21,854 bases of DNA from an uncultured Acidobacteriota bacterium. Lineage in GTDB: Bacteria; Acidobacteriota; Vicinamibacteria; Vicinamibacterales; UBA8438. Position numbers and translations under genes: made by a program. The notes under the pieces were generated by a model. That model was not told the DNA's origin, did no database searches, and saw nothing but the letters and a program-made list of their open reading frames with translations. Below, in pieces: positions 1-10,200 of this stretch (its first letter is position 1; every line of letters begins with the position of its first letter). The stretch is taken from the NCBI GenBank assembly GCA_913043225.1, contig CAJWLU010000037.1, positions 1 to 21,854 of the forward strand. Reading direction: 5' to 3'.

Positions 1-88
1 TTTCCCGTCTCCCCTATCTCTCCCCCGCGGGATCCGGGATTCCTCGTTCGAGGAGGCCAATCGCCCCCTCCAACGCCGCAGGACTCAC
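1..88 (-). pseudogene. C-terminal remnant of a tyrosine integrase related to the intact integrase at 16682-17791
   Basis: The minus strand from 88 reads VSPAALEGAIGLLERGIPDPAGER*, versus LSPAEMERAIRLLDAPPPGQSHGDILET in the intact integrase (8/13 identical over SPA..LLE/D). DNA aatcgccccctccaacgccgcaggactca vs aatcgcccgctccatctctgccggactca. The distance from the arm motif to ggactca is 74 vs 75 bp. Confidence 0.75.
6..24. repeat. Putative integrase arm-type site, variant C (CGTCTCCCCTATCTCTCCC)
   Basis: Exact 19-bp match to 16475-16493. Same position relative to the integrase C-terminus as the 16695 motif. Confidence 0.7.
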
Positions 89-105
89 GATGTCAAAGGC
101 GTGCG

Positions 106-2607
106 TCACCGGCTTCTGAACAGATCGGTGCCGACCACCCGGTGGATCATCGTCCGGAGGGGGTACCCGTCGCTCCGCCCCTGGTCGACGATCTGCTCAA
201 TGCTGTCGCGGTCCGCGAACTCGGCCTCCGCACCGGTCGCAAAGACGACCAGGCTCGTGGCCAGGTGACGCGCCACCTGGTCGAGCTCCTGTGCGAGCAA
301 CAGCTGCTTGTACTCTTCCAGCCCGGCGAACGGGTCGCCCGCAGGCGTGACGCCGGCCGAGTCCACGGCGGGCCCCTGGCTGTACCGGACCTCCCAACGC
401 TCCTTCTCGGCGTCGACCACGCGATAACGGGAGCGAAAGCCGCCGATCGGGTCAAACGACTCCATGGCGAACCCCGGCGGGTCGATGCTGCGGTGACAAC
501 TCGCGCACACCGGGCTGTTCCGATGGGCGTCGAGCTGCTCTCGGATCGTCGTGGTGCCACGTGTGTCCGGTTCGGGGATGTCGACCGCAGCCGGGGGTGG
601 CGGCGCCGGTGTTCCCAAGAGGTTGGCCAGGACGAAGTTGCCACGCGGAATCGGCGACGTCGTGGTGCCGTTGGCCGTGATCTTGTGCACGCTCGCCTGG
701 GTCAGCAGCCCACCCCGAGGGCTCTCGGCGGGCAGCCGCACCTTCCGCATCTGCTGCCCCCTGATGCCCTCCATGCCGTAGTGCTCCGCCAGACGCCGGT
801 TCACGAACGTGAAGTCGGCGTCGATGAGCGCATCCACACCAAGGTCGCTGGCGATCAGCTCCGAGAAGAAGAGTTCGGTCTCCGCCGCCATCGCCTGACC
901 GAGCAGGTCGTCATACTCGGGATACAGCCCAGGGTCGGGAGTGGTGGCCCGCAGCTCGTAGAGCCGGAACGCCTGGCCCACGAAGTCCTTCACGAACCGC
1001 GCGGCCTTCGGGTCGTCCAGCATCCGATCGACCTGCTCGACCAGCACCGCTGGATCGGAGAGCCGGCCCGCCCGGGCCACCTCGGCCAGTTCCGCATCGG
1101 GCTGACTGCGCCACAAGAAGTACGACAGCCGCGTGGCCAGGCCGTGGTCGCTCAGCTGACGAGTCGTTCCCGCGTCATCGGCGTGGTAGATGAATGGAGG
1201 GGCGCTCAGGATGGCACGCAGCGGCACCCGAAGGGCCTCGATGAAGGGGCGCCCGCCGGCCAGCAGCGGCGCGGCCAAGCTGGCGTAGGCCTCCACCTCG
1301 TCGTCGGCCACCGGCCGGCGGAAGGCGCGGGGCGCGAACCGCGCCACGATGTCGACGATGTGCTCGTAGGGCTCCTTCGTGAGCTGGACCCCTCCATCAA
1401 CGTCGAACGCCACGCCGGTCAGGAGCTGTTGTGTGGTCGGTGGCGGCCAGGCGTCGAGCAGAGGCCCCTCGATGGTCATCGTTCTGAGCGCGACACCCTC
1501 GCCCTCGTAGTCCCTGAAGTTCCCCCGCGGCCCGTAGTAGTCCGTCCTCACCACGCCCGGGGGCACGGCGGCATCGGCCGCAGCCGGGCTGATCACATCG
1601 CCCGGGCGAAGGAATGCCGTGAGCTCGACCGTCCGCGGCTGGTCAGCGACCAGGTCGAACGAGCCGATGAGATTGTCGAGCGCGACCGCTCCGAGGCCGC
1701 GCGCCTTGTAGACGGTCAGCGTGACCGGCGTCTCGGCCTGGTAGGCGTAGGCGTCGATCGTGACGCGATACCGCCCCGGATAGGGGACCGCGAAGCCCTC
1801 GGACCGGCTGTGGAGCAGATAGGTTGAGCTGGTCACGTGGAAGGTCGCGAAACCGTCGTCCACCCGCTTGGTGGCGCCACACCCAAGACAGTCGCCGTCC
1901 GCGTTCCGAGCGAGCAGGCCCGACTTCACGTACTCGATCGTGAACGGCTCGACCGGCGGCGGCGGTCCGGTCTCGATGGCGGCATCGAGCGCCCGATCCG
2001 CAGCGGCCAGATAGGCGTTGACATGGAGCGGCGACAGGCTCTGGTTCGCCGCCACGGTGTCGAATCCGCCCGAGTCGGCTTCGGCCGGCAGCGTGCGGCT
2101 CAGATCGCTGGCAATGGCTTCGTCGATTCCCAGCAGATCCTGCAGGGTATAGGCGTACTCCAGCCGGGTGAGCCGTCGCAGCGAAGCACGCTGCTCGCCG
2201 CGCGCGACCCGGTTCGCCTCGACCAGCGCACGCTTCAGTGACCCGAGCGCCGTCTCGACCACCGTGTCGTCGGGTTGCGGAGCGGTCGTCGGCGGCATCT
2301 CACCCGCCTCGACCCGCTCGTACACCTTTTCCCACGCCGTGAACGTCTCGAGATCGGTGAGGTCGGACCCCAGGCGCGCGAGGTTAAGCGGAGTCACCGT
2401 CCGCTCGCCGTGGCACCGAAGACAGGACGTTTCGATGAGGGGAGCCACAGCGGTGTCCAGCGTCTGAGCCGCTGCCCCGGAAGGTGCGGCCATCGCCACG
2501 AACGCGAGAGCCACGGCGGTGCAACGGGCGTGCGAAAAGGCAACCATGGCCGGAATCGTAGGGCTCGCCCGCGCGGGTGTCAATGTAGCGCCCGATGTGA
2601 CCCCCAT
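106..2607 (-). CDS. DUF1592/DUF1588/DUF1587/DUF1595/DUF1585 domain protein with c-type heme motifs (planctomycete/acidobacterial type); true start probably near 2547
   Basis: CLRCH and CASCH heme motifs, GEMPP, LRRLTRLEY, LATRLSYFLW, GLLTQAS, TSPIPRG, IDPPGFAMESFDPIG; signal peptide. Confidence 0.9.
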   Translation of the reverse strand: MGVTSGATLTPARASPTIPAMVAFSHARCTAVALAFVAMAAPSGAAAQTLDTAVAPLIETSCLRCHGERTVTPLNLARLGSDLTDLETFTAWEKVYERVEAGEMPPTTAPQPDDTVVETALGSLKRALVEANRVARGEQRASLRRLTRLEYAYTLQDLLGIDEAIASDLSRTLPAEADSGGFDTVAANQSLSPLHVNAYLAAADRALDAAIETGPPPPVEPFTIEYVKSGLLARNADGDCLGCGATKRVDDGFATFHVTSSTYLLHSRSEGFAVPYPGRYRVTIDAYAYQAETPVTLTVYKARGLGAVALDNLIGSFDLVADQPRTVELTAFLRPGDVISPAAADAAVPPGVVRTDYYGPRGNFRDYEGEGVALRTMTIEGPLLDAWPPPTTQQLLTGVAFDVDGGVQLTKEPYEHIVDIVARFAPRAFRRPVADDEVEAYASLAAPLLAGGRPFIEALRVPLRAILSAPPFIYHADDAGTTRQLSDHGLATRLSYFLWRSQPDAELAEVARAGRLSDPAVLVEQVDRMLDDPKAARFVKDFVGQAFRLYELRATTPDPGLYPEYDDLLGQAMAAETELFFSELIASDLGVDALIDADFTFVNRRLAEHYGMEGIRGQQMRKVRLPAESPRGGLLTQASVHKITANGTTTSPIPRGNFVLANLLGTPAPPPPAAVDIPEPDTRGTTTIREQLDAHRNSPVCASCHRSIDPPGFAMESFDPIGGFRSRYRVVDAEKERWEVRYSQGPAVDSAGVTPAGDPFAGLEEYKQLLLAQELDQVARHLATSLVVFATGAEAEFADRDSIEQIVDQGRSDGYPLRTMIHRVVGTDLFRSR

Positions 2608-2864
2608 ACCGCCGTAGCCGATCTCACCGGCGAGGGATGGCAGGGTGGATAACCTTGTGCGATCCCTTCATATATGTCCACTGGCTCAAGGCAGTTTCCC
2701 GGCCCGCGCATCGGCGTAGAATGAAGCTCCTCCGCCGGGGAGGACCGACGCAACGGAGCAAGTACTCAGACGGAGCAGATCCTGGCGATCGTCAAGGCAG
2801 GCGAAGCCGGCCCGATTGCCCGTCGTATCCACTGGCCCGAGCTACGGGCAGAAGGGAAAGACCA

Positions 2865-3227
2865 ATGCGAAAGTTGTTCGTCGTGCTGGCAGCATGCGGC
2901 GTGCTCGCGGGCGCCGCCTCGTTGATGGCGCAGGATCCGCCGGCCTACTTCGTGGTCACCGTGACGGTCACCGATGAGGACGCCTACGGGGAGTACCGAG
3001 CCGGCTTCGGCGCGGTCTTCGAGCAGTTCGGTGGCCAGGTGGTGGCGGCCAGCTCGGACCCGACGATCCTCGAGGGCGCGTGGGACGCGGGGACCACGGT
3101 GCTCATCCGCTTCGACTCGCGAGCCGAGGCGCTGGCCTGGTACAACTCGGATGGCTATCAGGCCCTCATCGCCATACGGGAACGGGCCTCCACCGCGAAC
3201 TTCATCCTGATCGACGGGCGGCCCTGA
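2865..3227 (+). CDS. DUF1330 family protein with N-terminal signal peptide
   Basis: ATG at 2865 (MRKLFVVLAACGVLAG...). PAYFVV, FGG, LEGAW, LIRFDSRAEALAWYNSDGYQ..IAIR match the DUF1330 pattern. Confidence 0.85.
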   Translation: MRKLFVVLAACGVLAGAASLMAQDPPAYFVVTVTVTDEDAYGEYRAGFGAVFEQFGGQVVAASSDPTILEGAWDAGTTVLIRFDSRAEALAWYNSDGYQALIAIRERASTANFILIDGRP

Positions 3228-3275
3228 ACGCGCGGCGGTTCCCACCCTGGCGTCGAGACGTGAGCGACGCCGCTG

Positions 3276-3445
3276 TCACTGGGTGCCGCCTCCCCCTTTG
3301 AAGTGGTCGTCGGCGTCGGCGAACAGGACGTTGAAGCTCGTCAGCGAGCCGTCGCAGCCGGTGATGTAGCTCTGGAGCTTCAGCTTCACGTCGTCGGGCA
3401 GGTCCGAGGCGTTCACCTGCTGTTCGAGCGTCCGGAGCCAGACCT
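3276..3445 (-). pseudogene. C-terminal fragment of a conserved hypothetical protein
   Basis: LRTLEQQVNASDLPDDVKLKLQSYITGCDGSLTSFNVLF resembles the C-terminus of a conserved hypothetical family as recalled (LEQxIN...LQxYIT..YGSLTTFNVLF). No convincing N-terminal part. Confidence 0.5.
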
Positions 3446-3553
3446 TTAGACCGCCACGGGGCCCCGACGAGAGTCCGTCAGTTGCCGCCGTCGTCACCGG
3501 ATCCTATGATCCGGGACGATAACGAACTATCCGGATGTCGAAGGAGTTGACCC

Positions 3554-5149
<1,596 letters not shown>

Positions 5150-5170
5150 GCACGGTTCCTGGAGGCGCCC

Positions 5171-6265
5171 ATGATGTCTCGCACCGTCGCGGCGGCGAGT
5201 CTGCTTCTGGCCGTTGGTTGCACGAGCCCCCCGGCCGAGGAGCCGGCCGCCGAAGCACCGCCCACCGAGACGATGGAGCCTGCCGGAGACACCAGCCCGG
5301 TGCCCGGCGTCACCCTTCGTCACGTCGAGGCCAACGGCATCCGGATGCGGATTGCCGAGGCCGGCAGCGACGGCCCGTTGGTGCTCCTGGCGCACGACTG
5401 GCCCGAGTCCTGGTACTCGTGGCGGCATCAGCTGACGGCGCTGGCTGCGGCGGGCTACCGGGCGGTGGCCCCCGACATGCGCGGCTACGGCGACACCGAC
5501 GCGCCCCCCAACGTCGAGGACTACGACATCGAGCACCTGGCGGCCGACATGGTCGGGCTGCTCGACACGCTCGGGGAAGAGCGGGCGGTCATCGTGGGCC
5601 ACGACTGGGGCGCGCTGGTGGCCTGGAACAGCGTACTGCTGCACCCGGACCGGTTCTCCGGGCTGGTCGCGATGAGCGTGCCCTACGGCGGACGGGCGCC
5701 GCGGTCGCCACTCGAGAGCTGGCAGGAGCGGTTCGGCGAGAACTTCTACTACATCCTCTACCACCAAGAGCCTGGCGTCGCCGACGCGGAATACGACGCC
5801 GACCCGCGCGGGCTGCTGAGCCGTCTGTATCTCTCCCCAGACTCGCCGCGCGACCCACCGGAGGTGACCGATCCGCTTCGGTCCGCCGGCGGCTGGATCC
5901 CGCGCCTCGGCGCGCCGCAGGGGCTGCCCGACTGGCTCACCCAGGCCGACCTCGACTACTACGTGGCCGAGTTCGAACGGGCCGGGTTCCGGGGCGGAGT
6001 GAACTACTACCGGAACTTCCACCGCAACTGGGAGATCACCCCCCAGCTGGACGGGGTGCGGGTCGAGATGCCGACCCGGTTCATTGCCGGCTCTCGTGAC
6101 GTGGTCATCGGCGGCGCCGACCAGGCCGCGCTCACCGCGATGATGTCGCCCGTGGTGGAGGACCTGCGCGGGGTCGTGCTGGTAGAGGGGACCGGGCACT
6201 GGGTGCAGCAGGAGCGCCCGGAAGAAACCAACGAGGCACTCCTCGCGTTCCTGGACGAGCTCTAG
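5171..6265 (+). CDS. Alpha/beta hydrolase, epoxide hydrolase family, lipoprotein
   Basis: RBS ggagg; LLLAVGC lipobox; APDMRGYG, GHDWG nucleophile, FYYILY and NYYRN tyrosines, GHWVQQE histidine. Confidence 0.9.
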   Translation: MMSRTVAAASLLLAVGCTSPPAEEPAAEAPPTETMEPAGDTSPVPGVTLRHVEANGIRMRIAEAGSDGPLVLLAHDWPESWYSWRHQLTALAAAGYRAVAPDMRGYGDTDAPPNVEDYDIEHLAADMVGLLDTLGEERAVIVGHDWGALVAWNSVLLHPDRFSGLVAMSVPYGGRAPRSPLESWQERFGENFYYILYHQEPGVADAEYDADPRGLLSRLYLSPDSPRDPPEVTDPLRSAGGWIPRLGAPQGLPDWLTQADLDYYVAEFERAGFRGGVNYYRNFHRNWEITPQLDGVRVEMPTRFIAGSRDVVIGGADQAALTAMMSPVVEDLRGVVLVEGTGHWVQQERPEETNEALLAFLDEL

Positions 6266-6339
6266 TCGGTCCCCTCGCCTGTTCCGCCCCTCCGGGCAAC
6301 CCCCCTTGCCGTCGCGTCGTCCATAACTAACGACCGACG

Positions 6340-6582
6340 ATGCAAACTCTCTGGCAGGACATCCGCTGCGCGCTGCGGGGCCTGGGACGCGCGCCCGGGT
6401 TTGCCGCCGTCGCCATCCTGACCCTGGCGCTCGGCATCGGCGCCAACACGGCGATCTTCAGCGCGGTCAATCCGCTGCTGTTCCAGCCACTGGCGTTCGA
6501 GACACCCGACCGCCTGGTCTGGATCGCCAACAGCGGCGAGGGCGGGCTGTCGGCGGTCGACGGCCGCTTCGACCCGATGTAG
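6340..6582 (+). pseudogene. Truncated N-terminus of an ABC transporter permease (ADOP/MacB-FtsX type)
   Basis: MQTLWQDIRCALRGLGRAPGFAAVAILTLALGIGANTAIFSAVN..LLFQPL..PDRLV is the typical start of about 800-aa permeases; it stops after 80 aa. Confidence 0.85.
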
Positions 6583-6592
6583 GTCGTATCGC

Positions 6593-8569
6593 TCAGGGCA
6601 GCGCCAGCGCCATCAGCTGCGGCACCTGCCCCCCGACCGTCAGCGCGATGTATTGCCGACCCTCGTGCAGATAGGTCATCGGGGTGCCGATGGCGCCGGA
6701 CGGAAGATCGACCGAGCCCACGATCTCCCCAGTAGCCTTGTTCCGGGCAATCAGACGGGGCCCACCGTCAGATCCGCCGGCGGTCAGGGCGCTCACCAGG
6801 AGCGTACCGGTCACGACCGGGCCTCCACGCCCGTCGCCGCCGAGCGGCGGCAGGTCCAGGTCGCGCAGCATCGGGTGGTTCCGCAGCCGGTCGCCATCGC
6901 CGTTGGGCTGCATCCAGGCATGCTCGCCCCGGTTGAGATCGATCGCGGTCATGCGGGAGTAGGGCGGCTTGAAGAGCGGGAGCCCCTGCGGCAACGCGGG
7001 CTGGGTGCCACTGCCGAACTCGCTCTGGGTGAACCGTAGGTTGCCGCCCTCGGACGGGTCGGGGGTGTAGTACTTCAACACCGAGAAGCTGTTGGACGAC
7101 GGGACATACAGCATGCCCGTCTCCGGGTCGACCGCCGAGCCGCCCCAGGTCGCGGCGCCGCCGATCTGCGGCCGCTGAATCGTGCCCTGCAGCCCGCCAT
7201 CGATGCTGAGCATGGGCGGCGTGAAGAGCGGCCCGAGCCGGAAGTTCTCCACCGCCTCCACCGCCATGGCCCGGATCTCGGGGGTGAAGTCGATCAGATC
7301 GTCGATGCTCACGCCCTGGTAGTCGAACGGCGGCGGCTTGGTCGGAAACGGCTGCGTGGGTGACAGCACCTCGCCTTCGAGGTCGGTGTCGGTCTCGACC
7401 GCGCGTTCCTCGATCGGCCAGACGGGGTCCCCGGTCACCCGGTCGAAGACATACGTGAACGCCTGCTTGCTGACCTGGGCGATGGCGGGAATCTGACGGC
7501 CGTCCACCCGGATGTCGACCAGGCTCGGCGCGGCCGGAAAGTCATAGTCCCACACCCCGTGGTGCACCGCCTGGAAGTGCCACATCCGCTGGCCGGTGAG
7601 CCCGTCGACGGCGACCAGGCTCTCGGCGAACAGGTTGTCCCCCAGCCGGTGGCCGCCGTAGTAGTCGCTGGTCGGCGTGCCAGTGGGAAGGAACACGTAG
7701 CCGGTCTCGTCGTCGGCCGCCATCGGGGGCCAGACGTTGACGTTTCCCGAGTACCGCCACGACTCGTTCTCCCAGGTGTCGGCCCCGTAGTCGTCACCGC
7801 TCGGCACGGTGCGGAAGGTCCAGCGGGTGTCGCCAGTGCGCGCGTCGACCCCCTTGATCCAGCCGGGCGGCGCCTCCTTCTTGATGACGAAGTCCGAGAT
7901 GATGGTCGGGGTGACGACGATGTCGCCGACCACGACCGGCGGCGACTTCACGCCGAGCAGCACCCGGCCCTGGTAGTTGGTGTCGTCCCGCGAGGCGCGG
8001 GGGATCCCTTCGGTCAGGTCGACCCGTCCGCCGTCGCCGAACCCTGCCACCGGCTCCCCGGTCGCGGCATCGACCGCGTGCAGGTAGCCTTCGCTGGTGC
8101 CCCAGAAGATCCGCGCCTCGTCGTCGTCCGACCAGTATGCGAGACCCCGCGAGCCATACCCGTGCGTGGGATTGCCGCCACGGTAGACCTCGGGGTCATA
8201 CACCCAGAGGGTCTCCCCGGTCCCAGCATCGATCGCCGCCACCTGATACATGGCGGTGGAGATGTAGAGCACGCCGTCCATCATGAGCGGCGTCGCCTGG
8301 AACCCTCGGATCGAGACGCCCTGCCGCTCGGCCCGGAGCGGCTCCAGGTCCAGGGCTCCGTCCGTCGATTCCCAGCGCCAGGCGACCTGCAAGTCGTCGA
8401 AGTTTCCGGCGTCGATCTGATCGAGCGGCGAGTACTTCGTCCCACCGTTGTCGCCACCGTAGTGACGCCACTCGCCGTCGACGGCGCCCTGCTGCGCCAC
8501 GGCCGGAGCGGACGTCAGCGCGGCCCAGCACACCGCGCTGATGATGCCGGGAATCGGGTAGCGTCGCAT
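6593..8569 (-). CDS. PQQ-dependent dehydrogenase, quinoprotein glucose dehydrogenase-like
   Basis: Start MRRYPIPG after RBS ggagg; EWRHYGGD..TKYSPLDQI, FQATPLM, WHFQAVHHGVWDYDFP, SPTQPFPTKP, GTPMTY. Confidence 0.9.
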   Translation of the reverse strand: MRRYPIPGIISAVCWAALTSAPAVAQQGAVDGEWRHYGGDNGGTKYSPLDQIDAGNFDDLQVAWRWESTDGALDLEPLRAERQGVSIRGFQATPLMMDGVLYISTAMYQVAAIDAGTGETLWVYDPEVYRGGNPTHGYGSRGLAYWSDDDEARIFWGTSEGYLHAVDAATGEPVAGFGDGGRVDLTEGIPRASRDDTNYQGRVLLGVKSPPVVVGDIVVTPTIISDFVIKKEAPPGWIKGVDARTGDTRWTFRTVPSGDDYGADTWENESWRYSGNVNVWPPMAADDETGYVFLPTGTPTSDYYGGHRLGDNLFAESLVAVDGLTGQRMWHFQAVHHGVWDYDFPAAPSLVDIRVDGRQIPAIAQVSKQAFTYVFDRVTGDPVWPIEERAVETDTDLEGEVLSPTQPFPTKPPPFDYQGVSIDDLIDFTPEIRAMAVEAVENFRLGPLFTPPMLSIDGGLQGTIQRPQIGGAATWGGSAVDPETGMLYVPSSNSFSVLKYYTPDPSEGGNLRFTQSEFGSGTQPALPQGLPLFKPPYSRMTAIDLNRGEHAWMQPNGDGDRLRNHPMLRDLDLPPLGGDGRGGPVVTGTLLVSALTAGGSDGGPRLIARNKATGEIVGSVDLPSGAIGTPMTYLHEGRQYIALTVGGQVPQLMALALP

Positions 8570-8618
8570 CGCGTCCTCCGTCGAGCTACGTGCCTGTCCG
8601 ATGGTCGAGAGTGCCCCG

Positions 8619-8624
8619 ATTATA
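8619..8624 (-). promoter_or_regulatory. Possible sigma70 -10 box (TATAAT) for the PQQ dehydrogenase
   Basis: Perfect TATAAT on the minus strand about 50 nt upstream of ATG 8569; no canonical -35. Confidence 0.4.
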
Positions 8625-8646
8625 CGCTCCGCCCGGCGGGGCACCT

Positions 8647-9357
8647 TTATGGCTCTGTGATGATGTAGCTTCTGGTCAGGGCGGCATCTTGGCAATGTCC
8701 GGCTGGCGCGTTAACAGGTGTCCCTATACCCACATTGCCCTCATTGGACAAATCAAGGGAACGTGCTAATCCGGCCTCTGAATCGCCAATCCTCCTGATA
8801 ATTATCCTGGTCCGCATATCCGTTCCCGTTGATGGACCCAAGAACAAGTGTGACACCATAGACATGGTCGTATCCCCTCTCGCCTCTCTAGCGAGAGCGC
8901 CATCATTCAGAGTCTCGTATACATCAGAGATGGTGTGTCCACGCTCGATAAAGCACAGCCTGGTAGTCACCAAGGAAACGTCGGTACCGACGTACGCATC
9001 TCGGTTTGTACCGAGCACCCGATTAGTCCAGAAACTCCTGTTGGCGTTATCGCAAGTGTAGGTCTCAGCTGGCGTTATCAATACGTTTGTAGCCCAGTGC
9101 TCCATGTTGTCCCACACCACAATGCGTCTAAATTGGTTGGGAGCAGCGTTGTTGCCTGCTACGGGCTGTCTGAAAAATACCCTGTTGGGACCTGAGATAC
9201 TTTCGGAGCGCGCTTCCTCCACAACTTCCGCAAAAGTGGCACCATCACTGACAGAGCATTGAGTGGCAACGTAGAGTGAGTTAGGCCCCGGCACATCCTG
9301 GGCATAAGCATTAATCGAAAAAGCGAGCAAAAATAGAACCCCTCGTGCTTCTTTCAT
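8647..9357 (-). CDS. Secreted hypothetical protein, low GC, possibly two duplicated alpha/beta domains
   Basis: 236-aa ORF with RBS ggggag and signal peptide (MKEARGVLFLLAFSINAYA); visibly AT-richer than its flanks. Confidence 0.75.
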   Translation of the reverse strand: MKEARGVLFLLAFSINAYAQDVPGPNSLYVATQCSVSDGATFAEVVEEARSESISGPNRVFFRQPVAGNNAAPNQFRRIVVWDNMEHWATNVLITPAETYTCDNANRSFWTNRVLGTNRDAYVGTDVSLVTTRLCFIERGHTISDVYETLNDGALAREARGDTTMSMVSHLFLGPSTGTDMRTRIIIRRIGDSEAGLARSLDLSNEGNVGIGTPVNAPAGHCQDAALTRSYIITEP

Positions 9358-9547
9358 GTGTTACTCCCCCATTGGTATCAAAAAACGGTGCGTTAAGCGG
9401 TCGTGACCGCGCCTGCACCGACACACCAGCCGCCAGCGCGACCAGGACGGCGACGGCTGCAACGAACCGGACGGCGGGCGTCATCGAGCTACCTCGGTTC
9501 CGACAATGCTATTGAGACGTCGATCCTACCGCTGGCCGGGAGGTGGT

Positions 9548-9868
9548 TCAATGGGAACGGGATTCCGGTGAGTCAGTCATATGCTGGAGCTTGGCCCGTA
9601 AAGTGTGGCGGGCCTCTTCAATCTCCGACATCGAGATCATCGGCTCGGTGCTGGTCGTCTCACGGGGTTTGCCGTAGGCGTACGCCAGCAGCACCGTCAT
9701 GACCGACGGATGCAATTTCCCGGCCCGCGCATCGGCGAGGAAGCGCGCTTGAACCTGTGGGTCTTCGACAAGTTCCGTAGCCCACTCACGGACCCCGGCA
9801 CTGGCCTTATTGCGTGCACCTTTGGGTCGACCGCGTGGGTTCCCTGATTCGCCCGGTCTAAATGGCAC
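9548..9868 (-). CDS. DUF5681 family protein (phage-type, often terminase-small-subunit-like); GTG start at 9868 inferred
   Basis: (V/M)PFRPGESGNPRGRPKGARNK N-terminal signature and AYGKP motif. Confidence 0.75.
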   Translation of the reverse strand: MPFRPGESGNPRGRPKGARNKASAGVREWATELVEDPQVQARFLADARAGKLHPSVMTVLLAYAYGKPRETTSTEPMISMSEIEEARHTLRAKLQHMTDSPESRSH

Positions 9869-9977
9869 TGTTGCGTAGCTGTTCTTTACAGGAAAGACCA
9901 AAACTCTTGCGGCTGTCGTACGTTGCGATCGTGCGTGGTCGTTCCCAGAGACGGGTGCCGCTCGCGTGCGGGCCCAG

Positions 9978-10001
9978 CAATTTGAACATGTGTTCAAATT
10001 G
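9978..10001. promoter_or_regulatory. Palindromic operator-like site CAATTTGAACA-TG-TGTTCAAATTG
   Basis: 11-bp perfect inverted arms; a second copy (20/21 identical) lies at 18128-18148. Confidence 0.6.
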
Positions 10002-10084
10002 GGTCGAAAACCCAACAGATACAGGCTTAGGGCATTCTGTGAATTCGTGTTTCCCTACACTCCGGTTGGTTCATAGCACGACGA

Positions 10085-10167
10085 CCGTCTCCCCTCTTTC
10101 TCCCCGAGTGGTGACGGCACGCCAGGCGACTTCAGGAATCGACAACCGTCTCCAGAATGTCTCCATG
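10085..10167. repeat. Two putative arm-type sites (variant C-like at 10087, variant A at 10148), 61 bp apart
   Basis: GTCTCCCCTCTTTCTCCC and GTCTCCAGAATGTCTCCATG; the latter is identical to the copies at 13240 and 16695. Confidence 0.65.
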
Positions 10168-10200
10168 GGGGCACGTTGTCTTACGCACGAGCAAGGCGGC

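Noticed and set aside
142..1827. 561-aa plus-strand ORF (also 3689-6199, 7559-8668, 13478-15322)
   Set aside because: Antisense shadows of well-supported high-GC genes; no recognisable motifs.
9380..9400. Integron attC core (GTTAAGC) beside the low-GC gene
   Set aside because: No matching RYYYAAC or L-box hairpin was found, and the integrase shows no IntI-specific insertion.
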